Source of the DNA: Deltaproteobacteria bacterium
GTDB lineage: Bacteria; Desulfobacterota; Desulfarculia; Adiutricales; Adiutricaceae
Direction: 5' to 3'
NCBI GenBank assembly: GCA_031288745.1
Contig: JAITQT010000109.1
Span: 1 to 32,974 of the forward strand
DNA: 32,974 nt
The notes under the pieces are model-generated. The model made no database searches. It was not told the DNA's origin and worked only from the letters and a program-made list of their open reading frames with translations. The position numbers and the translations under genes are program-made. This document shows positions 1-8,256 of this stretch, piece after piece (the stretch's first letter is position 1; the number at the start of each line of letters is the position of its first letter).

Positions 1-223
1 ATTCCCCACCAGATATTATAAACCACTGAGCTTCAATAGTCAAATTGAAATATGGTACATTGTAGTGTTAATCAAAGTTAAAATATTTGGTTGGAGCAGA
101 GAGCTAAGTAGAAATGTTATAAAGAACTAATGTTAAGAACTTAAGGGTATGCTAAAACTTAATTACAACTCGAAAGTCGCTACCAGCCACAACGTGGGGA
201 AAAATGACTTGGTGAACGGCTAC
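1..223 (+). repeat. R-element copy 1 (3' module intact; 5' part diverged, partly deleted or cut by the window edge)
   Basis: 93-223 (GGAGCAGAGAGCTAAGTAGAAA...CAACTCGAAAGTCGCTACCAGCCACAACGTGGGGAAAAATGACTTGGTGAACGGCTAC) aligns with the 3' module of the copies at 7842-7961, 14793-14861(rc), 21354-21490(rc) and 22039-22168. Similarity stops right after GG(C/T)TAC. Confidence 0.7.
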
Positions 224-690
224 CTCCACCGTAATACCTCTAGAGCTGCGGCCAATTAGGTAGTCTGGCCTTAGCTTCGGTTAACCTCTAGGCCCCTAAA
301 GATAAAAATAAAAAAAAGAGTCAATTTTAAGCCTTTTCTTGGCCTCAGCGGCTAAAACTTAACCAGGGTAGGTCTCTAAAAAGTGTTTAAATTAAACATT
401 CGTCTCTTTGGCCCTGGGCCTTGGTTAAAAAAGCTTGAAATTTTAACCGAATAATTTAAAATAGTCTAAAATTCTTTTTTTTTATTGGCCTTATGACTCG
501 CCTCGGAACCTAAAAATATTAAACTTGGCCCCTAACCTATCAATCATGGCCCTAGCCAGCCCGTTAATTTAGGAGCGTCAAAAAAATAAAGCCTATGAGG
601 CCTTAATCATTAAGAACCGATTGTTATTTCGTAAATCATGGTTAAACCAATTTCTACTAATTAAATTTTAAGGCCCTTAGGAGGGCCAAA

Positions 691-1923
691 GTGATGAGCT
701 TATCTAACCAAGAAATTATTTCTCTAGGTCGTGAATATCTTTTTAACAACGTTAACCGCTTACCCCTAGCTTTAGTTAAAGGCCAAGGCCTAAAGGTCTG
801 GGACGCTGACGGCCGGCAGTACCTAGATTTCGTGGCCGGCATTGCCACCTGCGCCTTTGGTCATTGCCCTGATTTGGCCATCGAAGCTTTAAATAAGCAA
901 GCCCATGAACTTTGGCACGTCTCTAACCTCTATTGGAACGAGCCAATGGTTAAACTGGCCAAGTTTCTAGTCCAAGCCAGTGGTTTAGATAAGGCTTTTT
1001 TCTGCAATAGCGGGGCCGAGGCTAACGAAGCAGCCATTAAGATGGCTAGAAAACACGGTCTCGATAACTTCGGACCAGAGCGCTATATTATTGTCTGCGC
1101 TTTAAACTCTTTCCACGGCCGCACCATGGGCGCTATCACCGCTACTGGCCAACTAAAGCTCCAACAAGGCTTCGGGCCTATGGTACCCGGCTTTAGGCAC
1201 GTTCCTTTTGGTAACATAAAAGCTATCGACGAGGAGGTGAACAAAAGCGTTTGCGCTGTCTTACTTGAGCCTGTTCAAGGGGAAGGCGGAGTGGTTAATC
1301 CACCGGATGGCTACTTAAAGCAAGTAGAGGAGATTTGCCACGCTCGGGGGGCCCTTTTAATCTTAGATGAAATTCAAACCGGCCTAGGCCGGACGGGCCG
1401 CGACTTCGCCTTTAAGCATTTTGGCCTTAATCCCGACGCCATCACCATAGGCAAAGCCTTAGGCAGCGGCTATCCCATTGGGGCCTTATTAGCCGCCAAA
1501 GGCCCGGCCGCAGCCTTAAGCCCAGGGACCCACTCTACCACCGTAGGCGGGGCCCCTTTGGCCATGGCCCTTAGTTTAGCCCTAACCCAAAAAATCTTAG
1601 AGCCCTCTTTCTTAGCTAGGGTGGAAAAAGTTGGGCAATATTTTGTAAACGAGCTTAACCTGCTCAAAACCAAGCGCCCCGACCAAATCGAACAAATCCG
1701 GGGTCTTGGACTTATGCTCGGGCTAAGCCTTAGTCAAAATTCTGCCCCAGTAGCCGAAAATCTTCTAAATAAAGGTTTTCTTGTTAACGCCACGGCTGGC
1801 ACCGTCTTAAGGTTCGTGCCGCCGCTTACGGTGACAGAGGCTGATATCGACTCCCTGATAAAGGCCATAGACCAAGCCTTAGGCGAACTTCACCCTTCTG
1901 CCGTTTCGGACGCAAAACCATGA
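691..1923 (+). CDS. argD: acetylornithine aminotransferase (class III PLP aminotransferase)
   Basis: 410-aa ORF with class-III aminotransferase motifs (FCNSGAEANEAAIKMARK, ILDEIQTGLGRTG). AGGAGG at 679-684 precedes GTG 691 / ATG 694. The stop overlaps the argF start (ATGA at 1920-1923). Confidence 0.9.
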   Translation: MMSLSNQEIISLGREYLFNNVNRLPLALVKGQGLKVWDADGRQYLDFVAGIATCAFGHCPDLAIEALNKQAHELWHVSNLYWNEPMVKLAKFLVQASGLDKAFFCNSGAEANEAAIKMARKHGLDNFGPERYIIVCALNSFHGRTMGAITATGQLKLQQGFGPMVPGFRHVPFGNIKAIDEEVNKSVCAVLLEPVQGEGGVVNPPDGYLKQVEEICHARGALLILDEIQTGLGRTGRDFAFKHFGLNPDAITIGKALGSGYPIGALLAAKGPAAALSPGTHSTTVGGAPLAMALSLALTQKILEPSFLARVEKVGQYFVNELNLLKTKRPDQIEQIRGLGLMLGLSLSQNSAPVAENLLNKGFLVNATAGTVLRFVPPLTVTEADIDSLIKAIDQALGELHPSAVSDAKP

Positions 1924-2846
1924 CCACCCACTTTATTACCTTTCGGGATTTAACTGTTTCTCAATACTATCATATTTTTGAGCGGGCTAGCTTTCTTAAA
2001 AAAGAGCGCCGCTCAGGTCAATATCGCCTCGACCACTTAAAAGGCCGCGCCGTGGGCGTCTTTTTTAACAAACACTCCACCAGGACAAGAGTGAGTTTTG
2101 AATGCGCTATAAACGAACTGGGCGGCCAGCCTATCATCATGAACTTAAACGATAGCCAGTTTTCTAGAGGTGAACCTTTAAGCCACTCGGCTAGAGTGTT
2201 ATCGGGCTACCTAGCGGCGCTAGTTATCCGCACCTATGAGGAAAGTCAGTTAACGGAACTGGCCAAATGGGGCTCCATTCCCGTTATTAACGCCTTAACT
2301 GACGATCGCCACCCTTGCCAAGTTTTAACCGATATCTTTACCCTCTACGAGCGCTTAGGCTCAAAAAAACTTTCAGATCAGCTAATCTGCTGGATCGGTG
2401 ATGGCAACAACATGGCCAACACCTGGGTGGAAGCCGCAGCCGTCCTTGGTTTTGGGCTAAATTTAGCCTGTCCCGAGGGTTACGAGCCCAAGGCCGAGAT
2501 TTTAAAAAGGGCCTACCAGGAAAACCCTAAAATTAAGCTCACCCGCTCCCCCTTGGAAGCGGCCGAGGGGGCAACGGCCGTAAACACTGACGTCTTCACC
2601 TCCATGGGCCAAGAATCGGAAAAGGAAAAGAGGCTTAAAGATTTTAAGGACTTTCAAGTCGACTCAAACGTAATGGCTAAGGCCGCCCCCGGAGCTATCT
2701 TTATGCACTGCCTTCCGGCTCATCCTGGCGAGGAAGCTACTAATGAGGTTATAGAGAGCGAGGCCTCGGTGGTCTTTGAAGAAGCTGAAAACAGACTCCA
2801 CGTCCAAAAGGCCCTTTTAGAGTTTATTATTCCTAAATTAATATAA
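1920..2846 (+). CDS. argF: ornithine carbamoyltransferase
   Basis: 308-aa ORF with the carbamoyl-phosphate motif STRTR, plus HPCQ, DVFTSMG and HCLPAH, which are characteristic of OTCases. Translationally coupled to argD. Confidence 0.9.
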   Translation: MTTHFITFRDLTVSQYYHIFERASFLKKERRSGQYRLDHLKGRAVGVFFNKHSTRTRVSFECAINELGGQPIIMNLNDSQFSRGEPLSHSARVLSGYLAALVIRTYEESQLTELAKWGSIPVINALTDDRHPCQVLTDIFTLYERLGSKKLSDQLICWIGDGNNMANTWVEAAAVLGFGLNLACPEGYEPKAEILKRAYQENPKIKLTRSPLEAAEGATAVNTDVFTSMGQESEKEKRLKDFKDFQVDSNVMAKAAPGAIFMHCLPAHPGEEATNEVIESEASVVFEEAENRLHVQKALLEFIIPKLI

Positions 2847-2866
2847 TAGGCCAATTTAGTCAAAAA

Positions 2867-2900
2867 AACTTCAAGATATTTATGATGCTTTCGACCATCA
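2867..2900 (+). repeat. H-block short intergenic repeat (copy 1)
   Basis: AACTTCAAGATATTTATGATGCTTTCGACCATCA is about 80% identical to 7446-7479. It contains the hairpin ATGATG/CATCAT. Confidence 0.5.
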
Positions 2901-3092
2901 TGGGCTCTTTACATACACAAGTTACTGTATTGTCTTTAAAAGCTAGTAGATGAGTTAAGGTATGTTCGGGGCAAATTTTCTTCCCTCAATAGATCATGAG
3001 ATTTAGCCCTTTTAATTTAAAGTATCCATTTCTTTTAGCCGCCTAAGGACCTTTTTCTTTAAGCGGTTAACCCCCAGAAACGAGAGGCCTCC

Positions 3093-4718
3093 TTGATCGT
3101 CAAAACCGACTATCTGGTTATAGGCACCGGCATAGCCGGGCTAAGTTTCGCTCTTAAGGCTGCTAAGACCGGCGAGGTGGCGATACTGGCTAAACACGAA
3201 GCCTATGACACCAACACTAATTTAGCCCAGGGGGGCATAGCCGCAGTCATGGGTGACGACGATCTGGTGGAATACCACGTTAAAGATACCCTCGACTCCG
3301 GTCAAGGCCTAAGTCACCTAGATATCGTCAAAGCGGTGGTCGAGGCGGGGCCAACGATGATAGAGCAACTAAACGATTTGGGAGTGCCCTTTACCACTAG
3401 AAACGGACGAGAGGACCTTCCAGAGTTGGGTCAAGAGGGAGGACACAGCCGCCGCCGCATTATCCACGCCAAAGATATGACCGGACAAGCGGTTCAAAAG
3501 ACTTTGGGGGAAAGGGCTAAGGAAAACCAAGCTATCAGCTTTTTCGAGTACCACCAAGCCCTCGATCTCATCTTAGCCGAAGGTGATTTAACTGATTCTA
3601 GACCTCGGGCCGTGGGGGCCTGGGTCTTAGACGTTAAAAGCAGTACCCTTAAGGCCTTTATGGCTAAAACCATCGTTTTAGCCACCGGAGGCTCAGGCAA
3701 AGTCTACCTCTACACCACCAATCCTGACGGGGCCACCGGCGACGGCTTGGCTATGGGCTGGCGATGCGGGGTTAAGGTGGCTAATTTAGAGTTCGTTCAA
3801 TTCCACCCTACCTGCCTCTATCACCCACAGGTTAAAAATTTTCTAATCTCAGAAGCCGTAAGAGGCGAAGGCGGTCGATTAATAGATAACGAAGGCCGAT
3901 TTATTATGAGCGGTCACCCCCAAGGCGATCTAGCCTGTCGAGACGTGGTGGCCCTAACCATTGACGCTAATATGAAAAAAAGCGGAGCTGAGCACGTCTA
4001 TCTAGATATCACCCATCGCGACCCTAGCTTTATCAAAGATAGATTTCCTAAAATATACCAAACCTGCTTCCGTTTAGGCATAGACATCACCAAAACGCCC
4101 ATTCCGGTGGTCCCGGCGGCCCACTACCAATGCGGAGGGTTAATGGTCGATATAAACGGACAAACTAACATTAATAACCTATACGCCATAGGAGAAGTGG
4201 CCTGCACTGGTCTTCACGGGGCCAACCGTCTGGCCTCAAATAGCCTTCTGGAAGCCTTGGTCATGGCCGATAGAGCGGCTAAAGATTCAAGTGATAAACT
4301 ATCCGCCATCGCCTCCCCACCAATAACTAATCTAGAGCCTTGGACCATAGGCCGCCTGGGCACAGCCCCAGCCGAAGCGGTGCTGATTTCTCAAAGCTGG
4401 GATGAGATTCGCCGCTTTATGTGGAACTACGTGGGCTTAGTTAGAAGCGATCAAAGGTTGATGATGGCCTTTAAGAGGCTCGAGCTAGTTAAAAGTGAGA
4501 TAGACGATTTTTTTAGAAACTTTGAGGTTGACGCCGACTTAGTAGAAGTTAGGAATATTGCCGCAGCCGCTGATCTCATTATCTGTAGCGCAGCTTTGCG
4601 CAAAGAAAGCCGCGGCCTTCACTATAGTTTATCGTGGCCCAATAGAGACGATCTTAATTTTGCCCGCGATACTATCTTAATTAATCACTCTCCCGATATT
4701 CGCCCCACTCCCCATTAA
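3093..4718 (+). CDS. nadB: L-aspartate oxidase
   Basis: 541-aa ORF with the N-terminal FAD fold DYLVIGTGIAGLSFA, plus RGEGG and HGANRLASNSLLE, typical of the NadB/succinate dehydrogenase flavoprotein family. The length fits NadB. TTG start preceded by GAGAGG. Confidence 0.88.
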   Translation: MIVKTDYLVIGTGIAGLSFALKAAKTGEVAILAKHEAYDTNTNLAQGGIAAVMGDDDLVEYHVKDTLDSGQGLSHLDIVKAVVEAGPTMIEQLNDLGVPFTTRNGREDLPELGQEGGHSRRRIIHAKDMTGQAVQKTLGERAKENQAISFFEYHQALDLILAEGDLTDSRPRAVGAWVLDVKSSTLKAFMAKTIVLATGGSGKVYLYTTNPDGATGDGLAMGWRCGVKVANLEFVQFHPTCLYHPQVKNFLISEAVRGEGGRLIDNEGRFIMSGHPQGDLACRDVVALTIDANMKKSGAEHVYLDITHRDPSFIKDRFPKIYQTCFRLGIDITKTPIPVVPAAHYQCGGLMVDINGQTNINNLYAIGEVACTGLHGANRLASNSLLEALVMADRAAKDSSDKLSAIASPPITNLEPWTIGRLGTAPAEAVLISQSWDEIRRFMWNYVGLVRSDQRLMMAFKRLELVKSEIDDFFRNFEVDADLVEVRNIAAAADLIICSAALRKESRGLHYSLSWPNRDDLNFARDTILINHSPDIRPTPH

Positions 4719-4722
4719 CGCT

Positions 4723-7305
4723 ATGAACCCTAATTTAGCTAACTTAGCTCCCCTTTCCAGGGCTAATCAAGAAATCAACGAGCCTAAGAGCCGCCGGACC
4801 TTCGTCGCGCTCACGGCCATCTTAATTTTAATAGCCTCTGCAGCTACGGCTTCTTTTTTCTACTTTCGCACTAAAGAACAAGCCGCTCTCACTGCTAACT
4901 CTTTAGCCCTACGTGAACGGGCTCTAAATAACCTCTGGGCCTGGGTAGGAGGCTCTGAAAATGGCTTAAAGCGAGGTCGCCCCCCCTTTCTGGCCACTCT
5001 TAAGGCTAGCGATGGGGCGGAGTCGTTATTAGGTCTGGGAGCCGAATATTTTCTAGAAAACCGCTTTGATTTGGCCTTAGCCGCTTTTGAAAAAGCGGCT
5101 AAAACTATCGGCCCTGACCCGCGGCTCTTAGCCTTACAAGCCGCAGCTAACCTTAGGCTGCTTAACTACGGCCGGGCCAAAGACCTTTACCAAGAGGCCT
5201 TGGCCCTTAGAAGCCCAGAAGATCAAAGTCTCGAACGGTCCTCCGAACACTTAGGCTTAGCCGTCAGCCTGTTTCATCAACCAGACCCCCAAGGGGCTCT
5301 TAAAGAGTCTATAGCCGCCCTCTCAATACGCTCTCGCATCCTCGGCCCCCACCATCCCGATACCCTAGCCGCTCTAAACGTGGAAGCCACCTCCCTTTTA
5401 GCCCTTAACCGGGCCCAAGAGGCGGGTGAAAAACTACTTAAAGCCGTAAACGATTCTTTAGCTCAAGGTCTAAACCTCAAAGAGCCGGTCTTATGGGATT
5501 GCCTAGGGATTCTAACCTTAGCCTACGAAACCCAAGATCGCTTAGCCGAGCTAACCCCTTTAATAAATTCTTTTAAATTAGCCCAAGCTGAACCAGAATC
5601 ACCACGAGAACAAACCCAGCCAGACCTAACAAAGGACTCGGGGCTAACCTCAGCCTTGGGCACAGAGCCTACCCTAGAAGAGGATTCGACCCTAAACACC
5701 TCATTACATAACTCAAATGTTACCCATAATAATTTAGGTGCTGATTTAAGCGCTCAAAATCCTCCCCTGCAAAATATACCGCCAGAGAACCTAAGGCCTG
5801 ATACCCCCAAATACCAAGAGGGGCTGGGGCCGCAGACTCCTACTAGCCCAAGCGCCTTAAGGGTTTTGCCCGCCTCCTTTGATCCAGACCTAGCCAGAAA
5901 GATCATCTCCGAAATCCCCCCCCTTTCTTTTTCCTCTGTTCGCCCAGCCTTGGCCCTAGCTCTCATTTCCAGCCTAACGGGCAACTCGGCTGCAGGAGGT
6001 CCCCCGGATTTGGAAACAATCTGCCGCTCGCCCGTGCCCGGACGGGCCCATGAGATTTTCGATCTGTGTTTAATCTTGGCCCAAGGCTTAGCCGCAGCCG
6101 AGGCCCAAAACGAAGCTCTAGCTATAGTGCGTTGGCTAACTATCTCTAGCGAAACAATCCCCGAGCAACTTAACCCCGAAAGCCTAATCGATCTGCGTTT
6201 GTTATCGGCCGTGCTTTGGCGCAATCTTAATAAATACTCTCAAGCCGAGCAAGATTACCGTAAAGTCCTCGAGTTACTAGATGGTGCGCCCCTAAAACAA
6301 GAAGATCTTGTTTCTAAAACTATCTTAGCCGGCTTGGGCCTATCAGATTCTTTATTAGAGCAAAATCACTTGCCCATAGAATCAGAGCTTGAGCTGACAA
6401 CCGTACTAACTAAGCTTAAAAGTCTTAAACTTAATAGCCCCTTTGAACAAAATTTATACGCCCCAATTTTACTAGCTCAGCTCGGCTTAGTGACCAAGGC
6501 CTCGGGCCGAGATAAAGATAGCCGCGCCTTTTTTAACCAGGCCCTTAAGAGCGCCGAAAGTCAGCTAGGCATAAATTTAGGGACCAGCCTAGAGCCATCT
6601 GCTAAGGAACCTAAAAAAATTGCCTCCAAGAGCCGCAAAAAAGGGAAAAAAAAGAACAGTGTCCAAGCTACCCCCCCGGCCCCAAAGGTACCGAACCAAA
6701 ATTGGCTCGATAACGAGCGCCGCGATTTTCTCACCTCTTTTCTCGATCGTTTAGCTCTAGCTAGTAATCTCTCGCGGCCTCGAGCGCAAAAAAGCAAAAT
6801 TTTCAACCAATTTTTTATCCCCAACCTCTCCCCTACCGACGACACTCCACCCCAAAGCCCGGAGATCATGCGTTTGGAACTAACGGCCTTAAAACTCTTA
6901 GGCCGAACCGAAGAAATCGAGCCGATGATAACCTCCGCTTTGGAGTATTACCAAAGTCGAGGAGGCTTTTACTCACCTCTCTATTTACGATATCAAAGCC
7001 TTTGGCTTAAATATTTAGAGGAAAGCGGCGATATAAACTCCTTGTTGGCCGCCCTCGATCAACTGGCCGCTAACCCTGGTTTTAACGACCCACGCAACAA
7101 TTTGACCTTTACTGTTTCAGCCTTAAAGTACAAGGCCAGAGTCCTAGAAAATGCTGGCTTGGGCACCCAAGCTTGGCAAACCCTAAATCATGCGGCTTAT
7201 TTAATTTCCGAGCAAGCCCATTTGGGTGATTTAGCCGCCCTAGCCTCCTCCATTCAAACTGACCTTGAGCGTCTAAAACCTCAAGAAATTCCCCAAAATC
7301 ATTAA
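4723..7305 (+). CDS. membrane-anchored TPR-like repeat protein, function unknown
   Basis: 860-aa ORF starting 5 nt after the nadB stop. It has an N-terminal TM segment (FVALTAILILIASAATASFFYF), Ala/Leu-rich TPR-like helices, a Pro/Ser/Thr-rich linker and a Lys-rich patch (KKIASKSRKKGKKKN). Confidence 0.7.
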   Translation: MNPNLANLAPLSRANQEINEPKSRRTFVALTAILILIASAATASFFYFRTKEQAALTANSLALRERALNNLWAWVGGSENGLKRGRPPFLATLKASDGAESLLGLGAEYFLENRFDLALAAFEKAAKTIGPDPRLLALQAAANLRLLNYGRAKDLYQEALALRSPEDQSLERSSEHLGLAVSLFHQPDPQGALKESIAALSIRSRILGPHHPDTLAALNVEATSLLALNRAQEAGEKLLKAVNDSLAQGLNLKEPVLWDCLGILTLAYETQDRLAELTPLINSFKLAQAEPESPREQTQPDLTKDSGLTSALGTEPTLEEDSTLNTSLHNSNVTHNNLGADLSAQNPPLQNIPPENLRPDTPKYQEGLGPQTPTSPSALRVLPASFDPDLARKIISEIPPLSFSSVRPALALALISSLTGNSAAGGPPDLETICRSPVPGRAHEIFDLCLILAQGLAAAEAQNEALAIVRWLTISSETIPEQLNPESLIDLRLLSAVLWRNLNKYSQAEQDYRKVLELLDGAPLKQEDLVSKTILAGLGLSDSLLEQNHLPIESELELTTVLTKLKSLKLNSPFEQNLYAPILLAQLGLVTKASGRDKDSRAFFNQALKSAESQLGINLGTSLEPSAKEPKKIASKSRKKGKKKNSVQATPPAPKVPNQNWLDNERRDFLTSFLDRLALASNLSRPRAQKSKIFNQFFIPNLSPTDDTPPQSPEIMRLELTALKLLGRTEEIEPMITSALEYYQSRGGFYSPLYLRYQSLWLKYLEESGDINSLLAALDQLAANPGFNDPRNNLTFTVSALKYKARVLENAGLGTQAWQTLNHAAYLISEQAHLGDLAALASSIQTDLERLKPQEIPQNH

Positions 7306-7445
7306 GCCCTCCCAACAAGCCCGCTCAAAAAAAAACTCGGCCAGCCGATAGTCAACCACCGCCGGCTAAAAACAAAAGCCCGCGCTGGTGTACTTTACTT
7401 ACGAAGATAACCTCCATTGCTGGTGCGGGGCTCATCTAGTCAGAG

Positions 7446-7479
7446 AACTTAATGGTGTTTATGATGCTTTCGGCTATCA
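7446..7479 (+). repeat. H-block short intergenic repeat (copy 2)
   Basis: AACTTAATGGTGTTTATGATGCTTTCGGCTATCA matches 2867-2900. The flanking sequence 7431-7475 also resembles the R 3' module (..TCAGAGAACTTAATG..). Confidence 0.5.
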
Positions 7480-7518
7480 AGTGTTATAGCTTAATTTTTG
7501 AAGCGTAAATAAACAGAT

Positions 7519-7562
7519 GCCCCCATAGGAATTACTCGTTCCTATGGGGGCAAATCTTTTTT
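7519..7562. terminator. strong hairpin, possible bidirectional intrinsic terminator
   Basis: Perfect 12-bp stem GCCCCCATAGGA (7519-7530) / TCCTATGGGGGC (7540-7551) with a 9-nt loop. A T6 run at 7557-7562 lies 5 nt after the stem on the plus strand, and a T-rich tail follows on the minus strand. Confidence 0.45.
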
Positions 7563-7708
7563 CCACCGCAGCAGGATCGCTCCCATGGTCGAGGCTCTTA
7601 GCCCTCGACCATTCTAATTCTAATCATAGCAGTTTCAAAAAGCAAGGCCTTTATTTTGTCTTGCTGTCCCTGTACCGCGAGTTATTCTGGGTACTGCAAC
7701 GAGTGTCC

Positions 7709-7961
7709 GTTCACAAAAGTGAACGTTGCGGTGCCAAGCCTATTGAAAGGGACGACAGATATCGCAACAATGTAGCCCCCTCTAGGAGCTTAGTAATTTT
7801 AACATTAATCAAAATTCAAATACATGGTTCAAGTCCCCTGGCTAAGTAGAAACCTCAGAAGAACTAATGTTAAGATCTTAAGGCGTATGCTAAAATTTAT
7901 TTACAACTCGAAAGTCGCTACCAGCCGCAACGTGGGGAAAAAAGACTTGGTGAACTATTAC
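7709..7961 (+). repeat. R-element copy 2 (only copy without a MITE insertion; candidate structured ncRNA or ORF-less mobile element)
   Basis: It runs from GTTCACAAAAGTGAAC to GACTTGGTGAACTATTAC. The 5' module (CCTATTGAAAGGGACGAC..CAATGTAGCCCCCTCTAGGAGCTTAGTAATTTTAACATT) and the 3' module are shared with the other copies. Internal helices are described in the findings. Confidence 0.75.
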
Positions 7962-8256
7962 AGATAATTTATTCAATCATCATTTGTATTGAATATGTAC
8001 TCATATTTTTGAACCTTGTCAGGATAGCGACCTACGTTGATTTCCAATTTTAAATAAGTGGGCTAGACCAATCGGTTTTGAATAGATGATAGGCTGATTG
8101 TAGCACTAAGGCGGCGTTTATAAGCAGTAGGTGAGCCATACTTAAGATAAGTCTCTCGAGGTCCTTAAATTTAAGGCAATACATCTGAACGAAGAAAAGC
8201 GTCGAAATATTTTTTTCACAGGTGATCGCTATACCCATAAAAAACTTTTAGACGAC

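Noticed and set aside
5754-6224. 156-aa minus-strand ORF inside the 860-aa TPR protein gene
   Set aside because: It is antisense to the Pro/Ala-rich linker of the long ORF. Such GC-rich low-complexity regions routinely give open antisense frames.
7824-7841. tRNA-like T-loop sequence GGTTCAAGTCC
   Set aside because: The flanks provide no complementary T-stem, acceptor stem or anticodon arm. The segment lies in the variable middle of R copy 2 and is absent from the other copies.
7544-7849. 101-aa ORF on the plus strand
   Set aside because: It lies entirely within the hairpin/M-motif region and R copy 2. The homologous sequence in other R copies carries frame-breaking indels and stops, and no SD is present.
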